In this document: in pieces, positions 56,949 through 64,000 of the stretch
How positions within the stretch are numbered: the first letter of the stretch is position 1
How the letters are laid out: every line of letters begins with the position of its first letter
Assembly: GCA_965248925.1 (NCBI GenBank)
Contig: CBDFLE010000006.1
Location: 963,700-1,027,699 of the forward strand
Source of the DNA: Candidatus Multivoradales bacterium
GTDB taxonomy: Bacteria > Acidobacteriota > Thermoanaerobaculia > Multivoradales > J023
Reading direction: 5' to 3'
DNA length: 64,000 nt
Made by a program: the position numbers and the translations under genes
Notes under the pieces: model-generated
Databases searched by the model: none
Told to the model about the DNA's origin: nothing
Seen by the model: the letters and a program-made list of their open reading frames with translations, nothing else

Positions 56949-57965
56949 CTAGGTACCAAGCAATCGTTCTTCTTGCATGTGTAGCTCGGCGACCTTGTCT
57001 TGGATTTCGTTGTGTAGATCCGCGGCGCAGAACTCCCGCGCCCGGCGAACCGCGTTCTTGATCGCTTTGGCTCTCGAGCGCCCATGGCCGATGAAGCAAC
57101 CGCCGCGCACCCCGAGCAGGGGCGCGGCGCCATATTCACTCCAATCGATCCGCCGGCGGTAGCTGGCGAAGGCCGGCCGCACCAACCACGAGCCGAGCCG
57201 AGTACGCCAACTACCCCGTAGCTCCTCGCCGAGCAGCGACCCCAAGTAGGAGGCCAACGACTCCGAACTCTTCAACATCACGTTGCCGACAAAGCCATCG
57301 CAGACGATCACATCGACGGTGCCGCGGAAAACATCCCGCCCCTCGACGTTGCCGACGAAATTCAAACCAGTGGTCTTGAGCACTTTGAAAACCTGGCGGG
57401 TAATCTCGGTGCCCTTGCCCTCTTCTTCGCCGATCGACATCAGGCCGATCCGCGGCGCCGGCGTGCCGATGATCTCTTGGGCGTAGAAATGGCCCATCAC
57501 GGCGTACTGGCGCAGGTGCCCTGCTTTGGCATTGATATTGGCGCCCACGTCGAGCACCACGGTGCGCCCGCGCTGGGTTGGGAAGACCCCGGCCAAGGCC
57601 GGTCGATCCACCCCGGGCACGGCGCCGATAACGGTCTTGGCGGCGATCACCGTGGCACCGGTATGACCGGCGGTGAACATCGCCTGCGCACGCCCTTCGC
57701 GAACCAGGCGAGCACAGACACGGATCGACGAATCGCGCTTCTTGCGCACCGCCACCGCCGGTTCCTCCATCGCCACGACCTGGGAAGCATGGACGACCTC
57801 GATCCGTCCTTGAGCATCTGGCAAGCGCGCTAACTCGCGCTCAATCCGGCGCTGGTCGCCGACCAGCAGGATCGATGAACCGTCCTCCACCGCCGCTTCG
57901 ACGGCACCTTCCACGGCCGAGCGCGGCGCGAAGTCGCCGCCCATTGCATCGACGGCAATGTGCAT
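56949..57965 (-). CDS. plsX: Phosphate acyltransferase PlsX.
   Basis: MHIAVDAMGGDFAP N-terminus and overall PlsX layout upstream of fab genes. Confidence 0.9.
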   Translation of the reverse strand: MHIAVDAMGGDFAPRSAVEGAVEAAVEDGSSILLVGDQRRIERELARLPDAQGRIEVVHASQVVAMEEPAVAVRKKRDSSIRVCARLVREGRAQAMFTAGHTGATVIAAKTVIGAVPGVDRPALAGVFPTQRGRTVVLDVGANINAKAGHLRQYAVMGHFYAQEIIGTPAPRIGLMSIGEEEGKGTEITRQVFKVLKTTGLNFVGNVEGRDVFRGTVDVIVCDGFVGNVMLKSSESLASYLGSLLGEELRGSWRTRLGSWLVRPAFASYRRRIDWSEYGAAPLLGVRGGCFIGHGRSRAKAIKNAVRRAREFCAADLHNEIQDKVAELHMQEERLLGT

Positions 57966-58012
57966 GAATCAGGATCGTCCACGGGCCGGTGCGACAGGTC
58001 GCCCCACCATCT

Positions 58013-58198
58013 CTATAGAGACTCTTTGACCTCGATCACGTCGCGGTCGCGGTAGCTGCCACAATGCTGGCAAACTCGGTGCGATAGCTTCGTCTCGCCG
58101 CAGTTGGAGCAGCTGGAGGTCCCTGGACGACTCAAGCTGTCGTGGGTGCGCCGCTTGTCGCGGCGGGATTTGGAGTGTCTTCTTTTTGGATGCGCCAT
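58013..58198 (-). CDS. rpmF: 50S ribosomal protein L32.
   Basis: [20 protein letters not shown]...CxxCG...C. Confidence 0.9.
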   Translation of the reverse strand: MAHPKRRHSKSRRDKRRTHDSLSRPGTSSCSNCGETKLSHRVCQHCGSYRDRDVIEVKESL

Positions 58199-58264
58199 GA
58201 CTTCTACCTTTCACAGAAACCAATGCCGTGGACGGGTCAGGTCCATAGGCTGAGTACGTTGTTC

Positions 58265-58783
58265 TCAATCGCCGTCTCGCAGGGCTTCGAGGGCTGCCCA
58301 ACGGGGGTCGACTGACGGTCCGCAATCACAGGGGCCGCTGTTGAGATTGGCCCCGCAGTGGCTGCAAAGACCGGCACAATCCGGTCGACAGAGCGGCTTC
58401 ATCGGTAATTTGAGCTGCACCTGCTCCATCACCAAAGGCCGGCTATCGAGAGTCGGTTCGGCCAGCCGGATCAATCCAAGTTCGTCGGCTTCAAGTTCAC
58501 GGTCAACCGAGGAATCATCCACCGAGTTGATCAATATCAGGTAGTCCGCAGCTACCTCGATCGGCCCCTCGATATCGCCAAGACAGCGGATACAGCCGGT
58601 GGTTTGGCGATAGGCCAAGCGAGTTCGCAGAACGTAACCATCACCCACTACTTCGATCCGACCGCTGCAAACGACCGGGTCAATCGCCCGCAGATCGGGG
58701 TGCTCGAACTCTTCGCGGGGAATCTTCAGCTCTTCCTGCCACTCGAAGGGACTGTCGCTCAGACGTTCAAGATGAATTTCCAT
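58265..58783 (-). CDS. yceD: YceD/DUF177 family protein (large-subunit rRNA accumulation protein).
   Basis: C-terminal CRPDCAGLCSHCGANLNSGPCDC and conserved position upstream of rpmF-plsX. Confidence 0.8.
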   Translation of the reverse strand: MEIHLERLSDSPFEWQEELKIPREEFEHPDLRAIDPVVCSGRIEVVGDGYVLRTRLAYRQTTGCIRCLGDIEGPIEVAADYLILINSVDDSSVDRELEADELGLIRLAEPTLDSRPLVMEQVQLKLPMKPLCRPDCAGLCSHCGANLNSGPCDCGPSVDPRWAALEALRDGD

Positions 58784-58836
58784 GGAGCTTCCCTGCGAGA
58801 GCCGAGCGGGGAATCTACGCCAGGCGGTGGGCGAAG

Positions 58837-60105
58837 TCAATCATCAGCCGGCCGGGTCGAGCCCTCGGGATCGGCTGGCAGCAGCGCCAAGCGCGCCGTC
58901 GGCGGCGACGCCCGCACCTCGACCACAAAGGTGGAGAATCGCTGTCCCAGGGGCTCGAGCAGCAACCCGGCATCCTGCCAGCGAGCTGTAGCCCGCGGCG
59001 GCACCAGCGGATTCTGCCGCATCATACCAGCGATCCGCCGTACTTCATCGCCACCCCGCTCAATATCCAGCCACAGACCCCAGGTTAGCCCAGCGCGCTC
59101 GGTCAAAGGCGCCAGGGCGGCCGCCAGGCGACGACCGCCTGCGAGAGCGACCCGATCGATGGCGTCGATCTGCCAACCGGCAGCCTCACCGTGGTACGGT
59201 TGCCGGCCCCCGAACTCGAGAATGCTCTCTCCAGGCAACCGCCAGCGCTCTGCACCGGGTTCGTACAACACCGCGGCGCGCGGCAAATCTCGAGAATCCC
59301 CTGCCAGATCAAAGAGCAGCAAGGCTCCAACTGGCTCGTTCAGGTAGTTGTCGCGGCCGGCCAAAGTGACCAGAAAGACCTCGTCGCGGCCGAACTCACT
59401 CCCTTGCAAGCGGCTCGCCGGTGCCGCCGGCGCCACTGTCGCCAACTCGAAACCGGCCGCCACCGAACCGCGCAACATGTAGGAGCCCGGTGGCAACGGC
59501 GGTGCCGGCCGGCGCATCTCGACCCATGCCCAAGCTGCCGCGTCGATATCTGGCGCGGCTCCAGGCGCGGGAATTCCATCGCTGGTAACCCACCATTCCG
59601 AACCCCGCCACTGCACCCACGCCACTCGGTCTTCGAGATGGACCTCGCCGCCGGCCAGCCACGGGTTAGCCGCCAAGCGGCCGCCAAGTTTGGCCAGCAT
59701 CGCCATCAGCGGATAGATCCTGGCGACCAGCGCGAAACTCTCTCCGGACGGGTCTGAAACCACCGCCAAGTCGCGCGCCGGCGGCACCGCGAACGGGCCA
59801 AAAGTCGGCAGCGGCACCGCCGGTAGACCGGCCAAGCGCAGCATCGCTTCAAGGTAGCGCGGCTCGCGACTGGCGAGGTCACCGAGCACGCTGAGATTCT
59901 GGTGTGGAAAGGGCACCCACAGCGCGACTGGAAAGTCACTATTGGTGGTCAGCCGCACCGCCGCCGAGTCGATCTCCGGCATCGCCGGCCGAGAGCGCGG
60001 CAAATACCAATAGAACACGTGGCCGGCAGCGGCAAACACCCCTAGGAGCAGCGCCAACAACCACCAGCCCAAGCGGCGCCGTCGCCTTGTCTTGCCCGCT
60101 GTCAT
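58837..60105 (-). CDS. Hypothetical membrane-anchored protein.
   Basis: N-terminal Arg-rich region plus TM (RRRRRLGWWLLALLLGVFAAAG). No domain recognised. Confidence 0.4.
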   Translation of the reverse strand: MTAGKTRRRRRLGWWLLALLLGVFAAAGHVFYWYLPRSRPAMPEIDSAAVRLTTNSDFPVALWVPFPHQNLSVLGDLASREPRYLEAMLRLAGLPAVPLPTFGPFAVPPARDLAVVSDPSGESFALVARIYPLMAMLAKLGGRLAANPWLAGGEVHLEDRVAWVQWRGSEWWVTSDGIPAPGAAPDIDAAAWAWVEMRRPAPPLPPGSYMLRGSVAAGFELATVAPAAPASRLQGSEFGRDEVFLVTLAGRDNYLNEPVGALLLFDLAGDSRDLPRAAVLYEPGAERWRLPGESILEFGGRQPYHGEAAGWQIDAIDRVALAGGRRLAAALAPLTERAGLTWGLWLDIERGGDEVRRIAGMMRQNPLVPPRATARWQDAGLLLEPLGQRFSTFVVEVRASPPTARLALLPADPEGSTRPADD

Positions 60106-61520
60106 TTGGTTCCTGCAACCGGGTGCAAGCCCGGAGTGCGGCGCTCTGCGGCCTGGCGCCAGACCGCCAGAGTCGCCGCCGCGGTGTGACGCCAGTCGAA
60201 GCTCGCCGCCCGCTCGGCGCTGCGCTGGGCCAGGGCGCGGATCGCCTCGGGCTTGGCGAATAGGCCGCCGAGGATGTCCGCCCAGCCCTCGGCACTGCCC
60301 GGAGGCGCGTAGACAGCGGCAGCACCGGCGACCTCTCGCAGCACCGGGATATCACTCACCACCAAGGCGACACCGACGCTCATCGCCTCGACAGCCGGCA
60401 AGCCGAAACCTTCGTAGATCGACGGCATCACCACCAGTTCTGCGCCACGATAGAGGGCTGCCACCTGTCCGTCCGGGAGATAGCCAAGGTGCTGTAACCA
60501 CCCCTCGTCCTCGGCGCGCTTGATCTGCTGCCGCAGCTGCTCTGTTTCCCAACCCCAGCCGCCACAGAGCAGCAAAGGCGGTGGATCGGCGCCACGAGCG
60601 CGCAGCAGGCGCCACGCATCGAGCAGCGTCGGCAAGCCCTTGCGCGGCTCGACCGTGCCGACGTGCAACACATAACGAGGCGGGGTGCCGTCCGGGGGCT
60701 CGGTCGGTGAGGTGCCGGCCACCGAGCCCGGCCCGAGATGCACCGCGTGGACTCGCTCAGCCGGCGCCAATTCGGCCTCGATCAGTTCACCGCGGACCGT
60801 CTCACTGTCGGTCAGCAGCTCAACGGCGCGGTGCAGAGTTTGCGCCAAATGAGCCGCTAGATCGCGGCGGGTGATCTCACGCAGAGTCTCGGGGACCTTG
60901 CGGAAACCGAGGTCATGGACAGTCGCCACCAAGCGGCCTGTGGCCAGACCAAAAGCGGCCGGTAAGAAGTAATTGGGTGCGAAGAGCACCGCATTCGCAT
61001 CGCTGGCGATCAGCTTCTGCTGCCGACGACGCAGCCAGCCGGCCACCTCCACATAAGAAATCGACAGCTCGGCCGAGACCGGATAGGTGACCACTTCGAT
61101 GGCGCTTCCCCGCGGGATCTCGACCACTGGTGGCGGCAGATCGGGAGTGTCTACCAAATTGGGCCCATAAAGCCGCAGATGCAGATCCGGCATCTCTGCA
61201 AGGTGCTGCAACAAACGGTAGAGGTACCAGCCAATGCCAGTCAGGGGCTCCCAGAAGGGGCTGATGTCGACGGCGACGGTCAACCCCGGCTGCCGGCGGC
61301 GGCGGCGGCGGTCAGCGCGCAGCTGCTGCCACCAGCGCCAAGTGAAACGCAGTCGGCGCCCCCCTAAGGCACTGCGCAAACGCAGCCAGGCTTCACGGGC
61401 GCGCCAGTAATGGGTCAACAAACCCAGTCGATGGGCGATGCGCTTGAGCCGGTCGCGTATCGCCCGCGGACGCATTTGGGCGACCAGCAAGCGGAAGTAG
61501 TGGAGGATTCTTCTTGGCAT
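60102..61520 (-). CDS. Glycosyltransferase family 4 (GT-B) protein.
   Basis: EGFGLPAVEAMSVGVALVVSD motif. N-terminal extension and start are uncertain. Confidence 0.7.
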   Translation of the reverse strand: MPRRILHYFRLLVAQMRPRAIRDRLKRIAHRLGLLTHYWRAREAWLRLRSALGGRRLRFTWRWWQQLRADRRRRRRQPGLTVAVDISPFWEPLTGIGWYLYRLLQHLAEMPDLHLRLYGPNLVDTPDLPPPVVEIPRGSAIEVVTYPVSAELSISYVEVAGWLRRRQQKLIASDANAVLFAPNYFLPAAFGLATGRLVATVHDLGFRKVPETLREITRRDLAAHLAQTLHRAVELLTDSETVRGELIEAELAPAERVHAVHLGPGSVAGTSPTEPPDGTPPRYVLHVGTVEPRKGLPTLLDAWRLLRARGADPPPLLLCGGWGWETEQLRQQIKRAEDEGWLQHLGYLPDGQVAALYRGAELVVMPSIYEGFGLPAVEAMSVGVALVVSDIPVLREVAGAAAVYAPPGSAEGWADILGGLFAKPEAIRALAQRSAERAASFDWRHTAAATLAVWRQAAERRTPGLHPVAGTK

Positions 61521-61739
61521 TGTCAGGTCCGCACTTAGCGTGGGCCGCGTTCGGCAAAGAGCTTAGCCTATGCACAAGGATCACCAACAGACTCGGCGGC
61601 CGCCCTCCAGCAAGCCACCCGTCCCTAGGCCCTGTTATGTTCTGCCATGCCTTCCTCTGGCTGGCGGCAACGGCTACAATCTGCTCCACCGGGGATCTAG
61701 CCTCTTGCTCTGCCGGTTCGCCTTCAAGCGGAAACTCCA

Positions 61740-62888
61740 TTGCCCTACACCATCGCCATCGATGCTCGCAAGATTCGCGATTTCGGCATCGGCACGTACA
61801 TCCGCAATCTGGTCAGTGGGATTGGCGAGATCGACCGCAAGAATAATTACTTGCTGCTCACCGGACCGGCGGGGCGGGAAGCGCTGGAGCACCTGCCGGA
61901 GAACTTTCGCCTGGTCAGCCAACAGGCACCAGTCTACTCAATCCGCGAGTTTTTGCAGGTGTCGTGGCAGCTGCTGCGGCTGCGGGTCGACCTGTACCAC
62001 GCCACCCACTACGTCCTGCCGCTGATGGTGCCCTGCCCGGTGGTGGTGACGATTCACGACATCATCCACTTACTCTACCCTGAGTACCTGCCCAATCAGC
62101 TCGCGTTTCACTATGCCGAACGGATGATCCACCGCAGCTTGCAGCGCGGCAACCGAATCATCGCCGTGTCGGAGAATACTCGCAGCGACCTGATGCACTA
62201 TTTCAGCATCGGCGGCGAGAAGATCGAGGTGATCCACAACGGCATCGAGGAGTGTTTTCGCCGGCCGGTGGCGGCGGCGGAACTCACCAGCTGGATGGAA
62301 CGTCTCGGCCTCGAAAGACCGTACCTGCTTTTCGTCGGCAACCCCAAGCCGCATAAGAATCTCGACAACGTAATCAAGGCCTATGCCGCCGCGCTGCGCC
62401 GTCATGAGTTTCCCCATCCGCTGGTCTGCGTCGGCGGCCGCGGCAATACTGAGTTCAAGATCCGCCAACGCGCCGAGCAACTAGGCATTGGCAACCGGGT
62501 TCTGCTGCTCGGCCATGTCGACCAGCAAGCACTGCCGGCGATCTACCAGGGCGCGGCCCTGTTTCTCTACCCAACTCTCTACGAAGGCTTCGGTCTGCCG
62601 GTGGTCGAAGCGATGGCCTCCGGCGTACCGGTGATCACCTCCGACACCTCGTCGCTCAAAGAGATCGCCGCTGGCTATGCCGATCTGGTGAACCCCCTCG
62701 ACATCGATGGCATGGCCCAAGCCATCGTCCAAGCCGTTCGCGACCAGGATCATCGCACCACCCTGGCCAAGCTCGGCCGGCGGCGGGCGGAGGATTTTCG
62801 TTGGGATAAGGCCGCCCGCCAGACCCTGGAGGTCTATCGTGCCGCCCTCGGGCTTGAGCGCCGTGAGGGCGAGGTGGCGCCTTCGTGA
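61740..62888 (+). CDS. Glycosyltransferase family 4 protein.
   Basis: EGFGLPVVEAMASGVPVITSD motif. TTG start. Confidence 0.75.
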   Translation: MPYTIAIDARKIRDFGIGTYIRNLVSGIGEIDRKNNYLLLTGPAGREALEHLPENFRLVSQQAPVYSIREFLQVSWQLLRLRVDLYHATHYVLPLMVPCPVVVTIHDIIHLLYPEYLPNQLAFHYAERMIHRSLQRGNRIIAVSENTRSDLMHYFSIGGEKIEVIHNGIEECFRRPVAAAELTSWMERLGLERPYLLFVGNPKPHKNLDNVIKAYAAALRRHEFPHPLVCVGGRGNTEFKIRQRAEQLGIGNRVLLLGHVDQQALPAIYQGAALFLYPTLYEGFGLPVVEAMASGVPVITSDTSSLKEIAAGYADLVNPLDIDGMAQAIVQAVRDQDHRTTLAKLGRRRAEDFRWDKAARQTLEVYRAALGLERREGEVAPS

Positions 62889-64000
62889 GTCCGCCAGCAG
62901 AGCTGCTCGGTCAACGACGGGTGGCCTTGGTCCACGACTGGCTCACCGGCATGCGGGGCGGTGAGCGGGTGCTCGAAGCGATCGCCTCACTGGTGCCAGA
63001 GGCGCCGATCTACACCTTGCTGCACCTCCCAGGCAGCGCCAGCGCTGCCCTCGAGGCACACCCGATCCACACCAGTTTCTTGCAACGGGCACCGGCAATC
63101 CGGCGTTTTTATCGGCACTATCTGCCCCTCTTTCCCAGCGCCATCGAAGATTTAGACCTCTCATGCTACAATCTCATAATCAGTAGTAGCCATTGTGTAG
63201 CGAAAGGCGTCAAGCCGGCTCCCGACGCGCTTCACATCTGCTATTGCCACACTCCGATGCGCTACGCCTGGGATCAAGAGCACGTCTATTTTCCGCGCCG
63301 CCGCGGGCCGCTGGCCAGGCTGCGCAATCTGGTGCTCACCGGCTTGCGGGCTTGGGATGTGGCGGCAGTACCGCGGGTCGATCATTTCTTGGCCAATTCG
63401 CATTGGGTCGCCGGGCGCATCCGGCGCTACTACGGCCGCCATGCCGAGGTGTTGGCGCCGCCGGTCGATGTTGACTACTTCCAGCCCGCGGACTCGCTCG
63501 CTCGAGAAGGTGCGTCAGCACCCTACTGCTTGGCGGTGTCGGCACTGGCCCCCTACAAACGGGTCGAGGTAGCGATCGAGGCCTGCCACCGCGCCGGGAT
63601 CACGCTGAAAGTGGTGGGAGAAGGACCGGAGCGAGGCCGCCTCGAACGGCTTGCCGGCACCAAAACCCAGCTCCTTGGCCAAGTCTCAGGGCAGCGGCTG
63701 CGCAGCCTCTATCAGGGGGCGGTGGCCTTCGTCCAACCCGGCTTGGAAGACTTCGGTATCGCCACCGTCGAAGCGCTGGCTTGCGGCACACCGGTGGTCG
63801 CCTTGGGGCGCGGTGGGGTGCTCGACATCGTCACCAATGGCCAACACGGAGTACTCTACGAGCCCACCGAGGACGACCAGGAAGCTGCTGCTCTGGCCGA
63901 AGCGATTGACAAATCGCGTCAGATCAGGTTCAATCCCTTGGAACTGCACTCCCGAGCCCAAGATTTCTCCCCCGCGCGATTTTTGCAACAGCTGCGCGAT
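62885..64000 (+). CDS. Glycosyltransferase (GT4-like), 3'-partial at the window end.
   Basis: VALVHDWLTGMRGGERV..., EDFGIATVEALACGTPVVA. GTG start overlapping the previous stop. No stop before the window end. Confidence 0.6.
   Translation, partial: MSPPAELLGQRRVALVHDWLTGMRGGERVLEAIASLVPEAPIYTLLHLPGSASAALEAHPIHTSFLQRAPAIRRFYRHYLPLFPSAIEDLDLSCYNLIISSSHCVAKGVKPAPDALHICYCHTPMRYAWDQEHVYFPRRRGPLARLRNLVLTGLRAWDVAAVPRVDHFLANSHWVAGRIRRYYGRHAEVLAPPVDVDYFQPADSLAREGASAPYCLAVSALAPYKRVEVAIEACHRAGITLKVVGEGPERGRLERLAGTKTQLLGQVSGQRLRSLYQGAVAFVQPGLEDFGIATVEALACGTPVVALGRGGVLDIVTNGQHGVLYEPTEDDQEAAALAEAIDKSRQIRFNPLELHSRAQDFSPARFLQQLRD

Overview
High-GC (~65-68%) bacterial window, probably from a metagenome-assembled genome, with roughly 60 genes. 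Layout: (i) 1-6.4 kb is an integrative or prophage-like element remnant holding small hypothetical genes, a cell-wall amidase, a divergent cI/Cro-like XRE pair and a tyrosine integrase next to an AT-rich putative att region. (ii) 7.3-10.7 kb holds a Hanks-type Ser/Thr kinase fused to a caspase (C14) domain. Just upstream is a DUF3800 gene flanked by a ~285-bp diverged direct repeat that duplicates the kinase 5' end. (iii) A TonB-dependent receptor, IclR, CaiB CoA-transferase, M29-like peptidase, heme A synthase-like protein, OMP, S51 peptidase, RRM RNA-binding protein and speA follow. (iv) 22.85-29.26 kb is an AT-rich-bounded island of broken genes. The TIR-domain gene carries an in-frame amber exactly at the conserved Trp. 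The STAND NTPase is cut mid-gene and abutted to a 5'-truncated, frameshifted TonB-receptor fragment. An Npt-like/HEAT/cNMP transporter gene is frameshifted twice. (v) There are two diverged, partly deleted copies of a divergent STAS anti-sigma antagonist <-> deoxyhypusine-synthase-like gene pair. (vi) Three CRTAC1/ASPIC FG-GAP proteins are paired with TPR lipoproteins. A gingipain-like C25 peptidase lipoprotein sits near secreted proteins sharing a recurrent extreme C-terminal tail, PVELxxFxVD. (vii) Two divergent TMTC-like membrane glycosyltransferase-TPR genes, a K+ channel with RCK domains, the yceD-rpmF-plsX-fabD-fabG-acpP-fabF cluster and GT4 glycosyltransferases close the window. No rRNA, tRNA or CRISPR was recognised. 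My manual coordinates may be off by +/-1-2 nt; ORF-track coordinates were used wherever possible.
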